Virus record (IMG/VR): IMGVR_UViG_3300050343_000171 | Source: an uncultured virus (IMG/VR IMGVR_UViG_3300050343_000171) | Lineage: Duplodnaviria > Heunggongvirae > Uroviricota > Caudoviricetes > Crassvirales | Length of the DNA stretch: 64,000 nt | Strand: one strand, 5' to 3' | Part shown: piece after piece, positions 21,960-31,413 of the stretch | Numbering within the stretch: position 1 is the first letter of the stretch | Layout: each line of letters opens with the position of its first letter | Notes under the pieces: model-generated | What the model was told of the DNA's origin: nothing | Databases searched by the model: none | Seen by the model: only the letters and a program-made list of their open reading frames with translations | Program-made: the position numbers and the translations under genes

Positions 21960-22148
21960 TTATTTTCTACGCCAAGCTTTGTGTACTTGATCGCTTAGCT
22001 CTTGGCTTACTATTTGTAATTCAAGAACTTGTTTGTTAGCAATAATAGGAATATAACTATATTGCTGTGTTGCGCTGCAGTTTACACAATTTGAATAACC
22101 TAATGCTATTCTGCCTGCCGGTATTTTGTTGTTACATTTACATCTCAT
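21960..22148 (-). CDS. Small Zn-finger protein, DksA/TraR C4-like; likely start MRCKC
   Basis: CKC.NKIPAGRIALGYSNCVNC. Confidence 0.6.
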   Translation of the reverse strand: MRCKCNNKIPAGRIALGYSNCVNCSATQQYSYIPIIANKQVLELQIVSQELSDQVHKAWRRK

Positions 22149-22185
22149 ATTTATATTATCCAATTATGTTCGTATTTAGTTTGTA
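22146..22185 (-). promoter_or_regulatory. Class I repeated promoter-like motif
   Basis: TACAAACTAAATACGAACATAATTGGATAATATAAATATG. Confidence 0.75.
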
Positions 22186-22186
22186 A

Positions 22187-22648
22187 TTAGTCTTCATCTA
22201 AACCTGCATGTAATTTTTCTATTGTAGCACACATAATCATGTGCATTAATTGATTGTACTCGTCACCTTCTAGTTTGTCATGATCTAGTTCTGAACCATC
22301 AATAGCCCACTGAACAGAGTCATATAACGTTTCTTTGATGTAAGAGACTTGAGCGTCTGCTATTTCATCTATAATTTTCATTTTACTCATATCTTTATTT
22401 ATTAATTTTAATTGGTTTAAGTCGTATTTCCGTGTAGTATCACGCCACATTTTATGCATTGTGTACTTACTTACTTGATTATACGAAGATTTACCTCGTA
22501 TTTTTACTTGTTTGTACTCGCGATCAGTAAATGGTTGGCATTCACCATGCACTTTATTGATCTGATAGTGCTGAAACGCACGCTTTTTTCTGTTAGAAGC
22601 AACGTATTGCTTCAGCTCTTGCATATTACTACACATAGATTCTATCAT
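22187..22648 (-). CDS. Hypothetical protein; may be two genes joined by an indel
   Basis: 153-aa ORF with a basic N-terminal half and an acidic C-terminal half. Confidence 0.5.
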   Translation of the reverse strand: MIESMCSNMQELKQYVASNRKKRAFQHYQINKVHGECQPFTDREYKQVKIRGKSSYNQVSKYTMHKMWRDTTRKYDLNQLKLINKDMSKMKIIDEIADAQVSYIKETLYDSVQWAIDGSELDHDKLEGDEYNQLMHMIMCATIEKLHAGLDED

Positions 22649-22772
22649 TTATAGTATACCAGTTTAAGTAATCTGTGTATTCTACGTTTTGATGTAGTCT
22701 AGTTAGAGCTTTGTAGCCATTATCTGTTTCGATAATAGCATTGCCAGTTTCTTGATTGAATTTGATTTTTTT

Positions 22773-22814
22773 CATATATAATTATTATCCGTTAGTTATC
22801 GTATTTAGTTTGTA
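22773..22814 (-). promoter_or_regulatory. Class I repeated promoter-like motif
   Basis: TACAAACTAAATACGATAACTAACGGATAATAATTATATATG. Confidence 0.75.
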
Positions 22815-23228
22815 TTATAATTTACCATAAAAGTAGTTTTTTAAATAAAAGTCTAGCATAAATTTCATTCTAGCCATAGTATTCCATATTTTAACTCTAG
22901 TAATACTATCATAAATGTATGTTTTAAGTTTACCTTCTTCAGTTAAAAACATTTGTCTACGCTCTGATTTGTACACTGGATTTAGTTGATAGTTAGATGA
23001 GCAACTGTTACAGTTTCTTACATAACCAGATTTATATACTGCTAATCTTAGTTTATTTTTAGATTTATAGTTAGTATACCTAGTTTTAGGTGAAGTTGCT
23101 GACACAGGAAATTCAAATTCTCTTGTACCATTTTTAGCTTGACGCTGTGTAGTGACTTCTTTGATATTATACTCGACTAGTAGTCGTCTAGCGAACGCAT
23201 TTTCAACGATTCTTGCTCGAGTTTCCAT
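22815..23228 (-). CDS. Hypothetical protein
   Basis: 137-aa ORF. Confidence 0.65.
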   Translation of the reverse strand: METRARIVENAFARRLLVEYNIKEVTTQRQAKNGTREFEFPVSATSPKTRYTNYKSKNKLRLAVYKSGYVRNCNSCSSNYQLNPVYKSERRQMFLTEEGKLKTYIYDSITRVKIWNTMARMKFMLDFYLKNYFYGKL

Positions 23229-23231
23229 TGT

Positions 23232-23426
23232 TTATACGCCATATTTAATTGTTTTTACTATATTTTGTCGCCATTCCCACTCACGCTTACGAAATTCATA
23301 GCTGTTACACCATTTTTTCCATGAGGTGACTGTCATGCACTCACCGTATTTTGCTTCGTAGTCAAGACATTGTTGTAATTTGTCTTGTATTTGTGAAGCG
23401 GGATAGTCTTCAAATTGTTTATTCAT
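23232..23426 (-). CDS. Hypothetical protein (likely start MNKQF)
   Basis: ORF following a class I motif. Confidence 0.6.
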   Translation of the reverse strand: MNKQFEDYPASQIQDKLQQCLDYEAKYGECMTVTSWKKWCNSYEFRKREWEWRQNIVKTIKYGV

Positions 23427-23463
23427 ATTATTATTATCCATTAGTAATCGTATTTAGTTTGTG
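23424..23463 (-). promoter_or_regulatory. Class I repeated promoter-like motif
   Basis: CACAAACTAAATACGATTACTAATGGATAATAATAATATG. Confidence 0.75.
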
Positions 23464-23834
23464 TGTAAGTATAATACCTTCTACGTCTGCTCTTGTAAGC
23501 TCGCCAGTCATTTGTCTGAGTATAGCCCAAGTGAGATTTATTTCTTTACTATAATGTGTATTTAAAGTGTAGATCATAGTATTACATTTGTTAGTATGAT
23601 TATTAAAGCGATAGTAAGTATTAAGTTACCTTTTTGCATTTGAGTTAATTTTCTGTTATTGTTCATATTATTAAATTTTATTTATTAGTTTTGTTAAAGA
23701 TTTTTTTAAAATGGTTTTAGTAATATTACCATTTAAGTATTGATTTAGTTCGGAAATAGTATTTTTTATTGAAATACTAGTGTGTACATTAAAGAAATAT
23801 TCATTATTTTCCATTTTATTTTATTTAAGATTAG

Positions 23835-23877
23835 TTGTCACAGTGTGAATCGAACACACTTGTATACCATAGTGACA
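23835..23877 (-). ncRNA. tRNA minihelix-like element (acceptor stem and T arm only)
   Basis: TGTCACT-ATGGTATACAA-GTGTG-TTCGATT-CACAC-TGTGACA-A, followed by the same CTAA trailer as the tRNAs. Confidence 0.55.
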
Positions 23878-23932
23878 TTTTACTTGTTCGCATTTTTATA
23901 CTTATAGAAACAAGTGGAACTCGCAGTGTAGA

Positions 23933-24160
23933 TTATACTAATTCTACATTTCTTAGTACTACTGGAATATTATTAGTAGCAGTATAACTTTTGTACTTTA
24001 TGAAGCAAGCCATTTTTTCTAAGTTTGCTTTCATGATATTGTACGCTTTATCATGATTGTAAGTGTGTGTTACACCTTTTTTGTTAGTAAATTCAATTGT
24101 TACATTTTTTCCGATTAGTGACTGTCTGATGACAAATCTTTTTGATTTTAAGTTATTCAT
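23933..24160 (-). CDS. Hypothetical early protein
   Basis: 75-aa ORF downstream of the motif at 24201. Confidence 0.65.
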   Translation of the reverse strand: MNNLKSKRFVIRQSLIGKNVTIEFTNKKGVTHTYNHDKAYNIMKANLEKMACFIKYKSYTATNNIPVVLRNVELV

Positions 24161-24200
24161 ATTTATTTATTTATTAAGTTATTATTTAGTTTATTAGTTA

Positions 24201-24238
24201 CATTTATATTATCATTGTATGTATAAGTTTTGTTTGTA
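24201..24238 (-). promoter_or_regulatory. Class I motif, divergent copy
   Basis: TACAAACAAAACTTATACATACAATGATAATATAAATG. Confidence 0.6.
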
Positions 24239-24307
24239 TGTGAGTGTAATATTATTTATTAGTTTATATTTGTTTGTATGTATACCACTTTGCTTCAAAG
24301 TTAATTA

Positions 24308-24499
24308 TTATATTAATATAGTATCTAAATTTAATTCATCAGTTTCTATTGTATATTTAATATTATTATCATTTAGTATTTTAATTGTATCATTAAAGTC
24401 ATGACATGTATTTTCATATAGTATAAATTCTGATTTGTTTGATTCATTGTAGTGAAGTTCGTCATTCATTAGTAGTAATTGTAATTGTGTAAAATTCAT
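24308..24499 (-). CDS. Hypothetical early protein
   Basis: 63-aa ORF, first gene of the minus-strand block. Confidence 0.55.
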   Translation of the reverse strand: MNFTQLQLLLMNDELHYNESNKSEFILYENTCHDFNDTIKILNDNNIKYTIETDELNLDTILI

Positions 24500-24538
24500 A
24501 TTGTTATTTTTTATATTATTATTATTAGTTATTAGTTA

Positions 24539-24575
24539 CATTTATATTATCATAGTGTACTACAATTTAGTTTGT
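24539..24575 (-). promoter_or_regulatory. Class I motif, divergent copy
   Basis: TACAAACTAAATTGTAGTACACTATGATAATATAAATG. Confidence 0.65.
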
Positions 24576-24745
24576 AAAAAAAAAGATAAAATAGTTTATA
24601 TAATAAAAACGAAAACGTGAAATGTTTTTATGAAATATAAAAAAAAGTTGGGGGGCCCCATAATTTAAAATCGTTTTGCGTAATGTGTTGATAGTCAGGA
24701 GTATAGGGGTAACACCATACTTCTATATACATTACAACTTTTATA

Positions 24746-24790
24746 GTGACATAAGCCTATTAAGGTAGTAGAGTAACAGGCTATTGTCAC
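24746..24790. promoter_or_regulatory. Inverted-repeat site B in the divergent intergenic region
   Basis: GTGACATAAGCCT-attaaggtagtagagtaac-AGGCTATTGTCAC. Confidence 0.65.
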
Positions 24791-24819
24791 ACTTTTAAAA
24801 TATGGTTCTATATATAAGA

Positions 24820-24848
24820 GTAAACCTAGTTAAAAACGTGTGATATTA
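24820..24848 (+). promoter_or_regulatory. Putative class II promoter for the tail-fibre operon
   Basis: GTAAACCTAGTTAAAAACGTGTGATATTA. Confidence 0.5.
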
Positions 24849-24938
24849 CTAAGCATAGCGCGCTTCACAAAAGCCCGTTAGAGAAAAACTCATAAATTCA
24901 CATGTTTACACAGTAGACAGAATATAAATAAAAAAAAT

Positions 24939-25562
24939 ATGGCACAAATCTCTTCATATCCCTTACTAACACCACAGCTTGGTGACAAAGTACTAGGATC
25001 TAATGTATTTGACAGTTCGGGTAATGCAGTATTAAACAACCCAACGTGTCAATTCAACTTCACAGACGTAAAATCTCTTATCGATCAACAATACACACAA
25101 AAGCTATCAGCTTCCAACACAGGAACGATCACTCCGGGTAACAATAATACCGGTTTAATCCTAACTTTTGGTGCAGCACAGGGTACTTCATCCGATGATG
25201 TCATGATTGATGTTAACGGTAAGGTAACATTTAACACAATGGGTAGCTATGTTGTACAGCAAATTTACTATGCACAAGCTACTAGTGGAAACAACATCAT
25301 ATTAAACTTTAAAACAGTACAGGATGGCGCCACTCAGGTTGGTCCTACCTCTATGGTTAAGTTTTTATCTAATTCTACAACAGCAAGAGAGAGAATTAAT
25401 ATAACATCTTATATAAGTGTGTTGCAATCTTCTGTATATTACAATTTTTGGGTACAAAACCCAACATCAGGGGCTGCAGCAACACTACAACCTGAATCAA
25501 CAGCTGCTTCATGGGGAACAGACGTACCCTCTGCACAATTAATCATTACAAAACTAATATAA
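24939..25562 (+). CDS. Tail-associated structural protein
   Basis: N-terminus MAQISSYP..TP...D.VLG is shared with the next gene; beta-rich. Confidence 0.65.
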   Translation: MAQISSYPLLTPQLGDKVLGSNVFDSSGNAVLNNPTCQFNFTDVKSLIDQQYTQKLSASNTGTITPGNNNTGLILTFGAAQGTSSDDVMIDVNGKVTFNTMGSYVVQQIYYAQATSGNNIILNFKTVQDGATQVGPTSMVKFLSNSTTARERINITSYISVLQSSVYYNFWVQNPTSGAAATLQPESTAASWGTDVPSAQLIITKLI

Positions 25563-25563
25563 C

Positions 25564-28500
25564 ATGGCAATAATATACTCATACCCTACAGTAACGCCTA
25601 CATCTGATGATTTAGTTTTAGGTACAGACGTAAATGGAGAGGGTAAACCAACAAAAAACTTTACGATACAAAGTATTGTAGACATCGTACAGGGTGGAGC
25701 CACTGGTTTAGGTGCAGTACTTGCTATTAGTAGTGATGCCCTTCAACAACCTGCTACAAACTTTATAAATGTACAGGGTACAGGAACATCTACCTTTGGA
25801 TCATTTACAGATGGTACAATGACAATATCAAGTGGTGTCGGTACTGGATTTACTAGTATAACTTCAACTGATTTTCAAGGTAATTTAACAGGTATAATAA
25901 AAGCTGGCTCTTCTAGTATACAAGGTTCTGTAACAGGTGTAACACAAACAGCTGGTACAAGTGATACAACATTAGCTACAACTGAGTTTGTTATGGATAA
26001 AGTTGATCCTTCTGTATTAACTTTTGATGGTACTTCAGGCGGTGATCAAACTGTAAACTTAGCTGCTCAAAAATTTAGCTTACTAGGAACTGCTAACGAA
26101 ATAGAATCTGTAGGTACAGCACAAACAATAACTTTTGGTTTTCCAGCTGCAGGCGTGGTTTTACCAGATGGTTCAACTGCTACAACCCAAGCTGCATCAG
26201 ATGATTCAACTAAAATTGCTACAACTGCTTTTGTTAGAAATTATGATGACACTCAAGATCTTGATTTTTCTGGAACAACAGGTTCAGGTTCTGTACTTTT
26301 AAATAGTCAAACACTAGCTATAGCAGGTACAGCTAATCAAATAGTTACAAATGGAGGTGGTCAGACATTAACTATAGCATTAACAAATCCTATTGTTACA
26401 AACTTAACAGGTAATGTGACTGGTATATTAAAAGCTACATCAAGTATAGAAGGTTCAGCTGGTGGAACAGATGCTCAAAACGTTTTAGCTGTAACTCAAA
26501 ACTCAGGAGATAATTCTACAAGAATAGCAACAACAGCTTATGTGGAGGCTGCCGCTGGAGCTAAAACATTAGATTATGCAGGTGACTCTACAGGACCATT
26601 TGCTTTAAATTTATCAACTGATGATTTAGAATTTAATGGTGATTCAAATATAACAGTTACAGCTGCTGCGGTTGCTGCTAACTAAAGGTATTGTAACTAT
26701 TGATTTAAATAATGATGTCGGTATATCCGGTACAATGACAGCTGGTACATTTACAGATGGAACTTTTACAGGATCATCTGGTACATACACGGGTGGTGTT
26801 AGTATAACATCTAGTACTTTTACCGCAACAAATACTCCAATAGGTTTTATTGGTAATGCAAGTACAGCAACAGCTTTAGTATCGCCCGGTACAATACAAT
26901 TGTTATCTGGTTCTGGTGCAACACAAGGTGTAGCAAGTAATGCTGTAACTTATACAAGTGGTGGTGATGTTCAATTAACTACAACACTTGCTGATACAAC
27001 GGTAACAGGTAAAACACTACAAGGATTACCAACACCCGCCGCAGCAACAGTTGTAGCTGGTGATACTATATTAGAAGGTATTGGTAAATTACAATCACAG
27101 ATTAATGGTATTGCAAATGGGTTACAGTTTCAAGGAACTTGGAATGCAAATATAGATGAAGGTGGTGCGGGTGCAGCACCTAATGGAACTCCAGCGCTTG
27201 CATCAGGTGGTGGTGAAGCTACGTCTGGAACAACAAATGCAACTACAGTTAATGAATTAGTTGATACAACAAAAAACTTTACTGCAGCTCCAAACGTTGT
27301 AGCTGTAGGTGATAAAGTAATAAATCAAGTTGATGGTCAAACGGCATTAGTAACTAGTATAGCAAACGCCGCTTCAGGTAGATTAGGTATAGGCGCTAAT
27401 ATAATGCTAACTGCTGAAGCTTATATAATAGATAAACCTCCTTTTATAACAGCTGGTCATTATTATGTGGTTGATACCGTTGGAGCAACTACCGCTAAAA
27501 ATGCTACATTAAACGGTATACAAGACTGGCAAGTTGGTGACTGGGTTATTGCATCTATAAATAATGTATGGCAAAAGCTTAACAACTCTGCTGTTGAAGG
27601 ATCTGGTACTTCAAATAGACTAACTAAATGGGGTTCTGCGGCTAGCACATTAATTGATTCAGGTATAATTGATGATGGAACAACTATAAAATTAGAAAAT
27701 GACACAGAACTTGGTGCGGTATCTACTGATACTATTAAATTAAACGGTCCAACTACTTTTGAGTCAACAGGTAGGTTTAAAAAAGGTATAGCATTAGGCA
27801 CCGCAACAGATGGTTCAGAGTATGGTGCATCTAATCAAGTGTTAACTGCAAGTACTTCTGCAGGTTCACCTCCAACTTGGGAAACACCAACGACAGGTAC
27901 AGTTACTAGTGTAGCTTTAACTGAAACAGGTGATGCACTTACTATAACAGGTTCGCCAATAACAAGTAGTGGCACTATTAATATAGCAGGTGCTGGAGCT
28001 CCTGGAGATTATATAAATGGTGAATTAAATTTAGTTTCATTTCCAGTTTTAGATAATTATGTTAGCTGGACACTAGCTGGTGATACAGGATCTTCTCAAA
28101 CTATAAGTTCTACCAATACGGCTACTTTTGCTGGAGGATTTGGTATTAGTACAGTTGCTAGCGCAACCGATACATTAACAACAGCTATTGATATAGTAGG
28201 TGCAGATAATGCAATTGCAGGATTAACTGCAGCAGCTCCTTTAGCCACAGATACTTTATGGTTTAATGATATAAGCGATTCTAATACTATTAGAAAAGCA
28301 ACTATATCAAATATTGTAGCTTTAGGAGATCAAGGTTTACCTGCAGTATTAGCTATTAACAATACATCTGGTGGTACTGATATTGCAGTAAGTGCAGGAG
28401 ATGATGTAACATTCACTGATACTAGTAAAGCAAAATTTGGAACAGGTAACAATTTACAAATATTTCATAATGGAACAGGAGCTCGTATAGAGAATACTAC

Positions 28501-29416
28501 TGGAGCGTCAACTATTTTATCAGACACTCTTAGTATAAACAATGCAGCTGATAGTGAGACTATGGCTCAGTTTGTTCATAATGGTGCTGTAGATCTTTAT
28601 CATAATGGGTTGTCAAGGTTTAAAACTACAACGACAGGTGTTGAGGTAGTCAACACAGATGCAAATGTTCCACCGACCATATTATTAAATCAAGATTCTA
28701 ATAATTTTACAATAACGCAAGCCGTAAGCGGTGCTGGTCAAATAATAAACAGTTTTGGATCGTTATCTTTAAGAAACGATGGTAGTATTAATTTACAAAA
28801 TAATGCAGGAACTTATACTAAAGCTAGTTTTGATAGTAGTATAAGTTTTAGCCCTGATAATTTAGCTGAAACAGCTACAGTACCAGGTGTTACTATTTAT
28901 AAATCTACAGATGCTACAGCTGACGGAACTAGAACTAGAGTATATGGTGATTTACAAGTTGATGGCAATATAATACATGAAGGAGGGGGTGGTGGAATAT
29001 TTTATGGTGATCAATCTGTAACATCAGCAGGTGGTGCCACTTTAGCATTTACTTTAACAAGAGCTACAACAGGAACATTAACATTTGATGTATGGTTTAC
29101 TTCAGAAACAAGCAAAGAAACATCTGTTGCTAAAAAATATGTAGTTGCTAGAGGAACAGGATCGAGCGGTGCTCCAGTTTATAACAAAATAATTGATACA
29201 GGACCTTCTATATATCCAAATAATAATAATACTACTGATTTTACTGTTTCATTTATTGATGATCCTCAAGCAGCATTAGCAGGTACATCTATTTTATGTA
29301 AAATAACAGTTACTGGAACTAACAGTTCTGGTACAGCCTTAACTCAAAATATAGGTTATACAGTTCAAGTTGGGCATGACAGTACAAATGCTCTTACGTT
29401 TACCCCAGCATCATAA
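25564..29416 (+). CDS. Long tail fibre protein; one gene split by an indel near 26680
   Basis: G/T/S/A-rich, repeated DxSTxIATTAF/YV fibre motifs, and an FQGTWNA...DWQVGDWVI domain. Confidence 0.8.
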
Positions 29417-29425
29417 CAATAAAAT

Positions 29426-31141
29426 ATGGCTAATTTATCTAATATAAATAATAAACTCGTTTTAACAACAGACGGAGCCGCATTAATCAATCAAGGTAGT
29501 GTTGATTATGGAAGTGCTAAACTGCAAGTTTCTGGCAGTGGATCAACAGGTACTATTACGTGGAGAAATGATGGTGGTAGAAAAACTGGTTATTTATATA
29601 GTGATTCAGCTGGTATAGCAATTTATTCTACAGCACTTGATAAGGCAGGTATATATATGGCTGATGACGTACAGATAGATTTTAGAGTTAATGGTAGTAC
29701 TCCTAAAATGATTATTCTAGAATCAGGCAACGTAGGGATCGGAGAAACAAGCCCTGATTCAACTCTTACAGTTGGAGGAAATTTTACAGCAACTACAACA
29801 AAACCAACAGTAAGTGTTTCTAACACGACAAGTGGTGGTTCTTTAGGAATTAGAGGATTATCGCCTATATTAGCATTTGATAAAACAGCAGGTGGTGTTC
29901 CAAAAATATTAATGGATGGTGGTGGTTTAGAATTTAAAAATGGAACATTAGATGCTCAAGGCGATGTCCATTTAAAAATAGACAGTGACGGAAACGTAGG
30001 AATAGGAGGAACACCAAGTACATTTGCTAATTTTACAAATGTTACAATTCAAGGCGGTTCAAGTGGTTCTAATCTTGACTTTAAAAACTCAAGTGGAACA
30101 AGGGTAAGTGCAATAGTAACAACTGCAAGTAATGAATTAATTATTGAAACTGGTACTGCACAACCTATGATATTTAAAACTAACGATACAGAAAGAATGC
30201 GTATAGACAGTGTTGGAAAAGCAACTTTTAGGTCAACATACATAGTTTCTGGTCTTTATGGAGGAGAAGTTACATTAGGTGGAAGTAGTACTACTTTTGG
30301 TTTACAATTAAAATATAACCAAGATGCAGCCACAACAAGTACCATATATCATTCACCAGGATATGTCAGTAATGATAACTCATTTAAACTTGGTTCTGGT
30401 TCAGGAAATACAAATCAATTAGTATTAAAAGGTAATGGAAAAATAGGTATCGGAACGGATTCGCCTAGCGCTAAATTACAAATTGATACTTCAAGTGGAA
30501 ATAATTTAACGATAAGAAAAGGAACAGGGACAGCTTCTTTAGCTTTTGGTGGAGTAACCAATAATGAAGCAACTTTTTTAATTGAAGGTAATGGTAATCA
30601 AGGATTTAAAGTATACAATGGAACAGGTACACTTGCTTCACCAACTTGGACAGCAGGTATGGATTTTTATGATCAAGGAAGATTACATCCTTATGGTGGT
30701 GTATTTTTAGGAAGTTCTAACAATAGTAATTTATTAGACGATTATGAAGAAGGAACTTGGACACCAACGATTAAAGATTTAAATGGAAACCTAGCAACTC
30801 TATCAGCCGCATCAGGTACATATACAAAAATTGGTAGACAAGTTATATTAAATTATAGAGTTGTTTTAAGTAGTAAAGGCTCTATGGCTGGAAATTATGT
30901 TCTTATGGGCGGAATACCTTTTAATCACCCACAAGGAACCAACGGAACAGGAACAGTAGATTATTTTTATAATCTTGATGTGGCTTATTCATCTTTGAGT
31001 TGGGATACCACTTCTACAGGTAGTGTTTGTTGGCTTGTGGGTGTGGGAGCAAATGGTTCAGGAAGTACTTATTATGTCACACCAAGTACTTTTGGTGGTA
31101 ACGAAACGCTTAAAGGATCGGTTATATATACAGTAAGTTAA
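29426..31141 (+). CDS. Tail fibre / receptor-binding protein 1
   Basis: MANLSNIN start, GNVGIG repeats and a C-terminal LDDYEEGTWTP...YTKIGRQV knob domain. Confidence 0.85.
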   Translation: MANLSNINNKLVLTTDGAALINQGSVDYGSAKLQVSGSGSTGTITWRNDGGRKTGYLYSDSAGIAIYSTALDKAGIYMADDVQIDFRVNGSTPKMIILESGNVGIGETSPDSTLTVGGNFTATTTKPTVSVSNTTSGGSLGIRGLSPILAFDKTAGGVPKILMDGGGLEFKNGTLDAQGDVHLKIDSDGNVGIGGTPSTFANFTNVTIQGGSSGSNLDFKNSSGTRVSAIVTTASNELIIETGTAQPMIFKTNDTERMRIDSVGKATFRSTYIVSGLYGGEVTLGGSSTTFGLQLKYNQDAATTSTIYHSPGYVSNDNSFKLGSGSGNTNQLVLKGNGKIGIGTDSPSAKLQIDTSSGNNLTIRKGTGTASLAFGGVTNNEATFLIEGNGNQGFKVYNGTGTLASPTWTAGMDFYDQGRLHPYGGVFLGSSNNSNLLDDYEEGTWTPTIKDLNGNLATLSAASGTYTKIGRQVILNYRVVLSSKGSMAGNYVLMGGIPFNHPQGTNGTGTVDYFYNLDVAYSSLSWDTTSTGSVCWLVGVGANGSGSTYYVTPSTFGGNETLKGSVIYTVS

Positions 31142-31155
31142 TTTAAAAAAGAAAA

Positions 31156-31404
31156 ATGAGTTTAACAAAAAAAAGAGTACAGGATCAAATAGAAATAGCT
31201 GGAGAATATAAAGTTATTCAAATAAGGTATCAAGATCAAATTATAGAAGATGATAAAGTTATATCTAGCTCTTATCATAGAGAAAGTATTACGCCTGATG
31301 AGGAGGCAAAAGCTATTGAACACAATGTAAAAGCTATAGCTGATATATACTGGACAGATGAAATAAAAGAAGCTTATATAAAAAGTTTAGAAATAGTAGG
31401 TTAA
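31156..31404 (+). CDS. Putative tail-fibre assembly chaperone
   Basis: Small gene directly after the fibre that has no S74 domain. Confidence 0.5.
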   Translation: MSLTKKRVQDQIEIAGEYKVIQIRYQDQIIEDDKVISSSYHRESITPDEEAKAIEHNVKAIADIYWTDEIKEAYIKSLEIVG

Positions 31405-31413
31405 ATAAAATAA

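Noticed and set aside
19783..24575. Repeated motif as a CRISPR array
   Set aside because: Spacing is irregular (hundreds of bp to more than 1 kb), the copies contain a variable core and sit directly upstream of genes, and there are no cas genes.
19811..24575. TTAGTTTG on the plus strand as Bacteroidota -7 promoters
   Set aside because: It does not fit TAnnTTTG exactly and points away from the adjacent genes. The minus-strand reading places GATAAT and ATG correctly.
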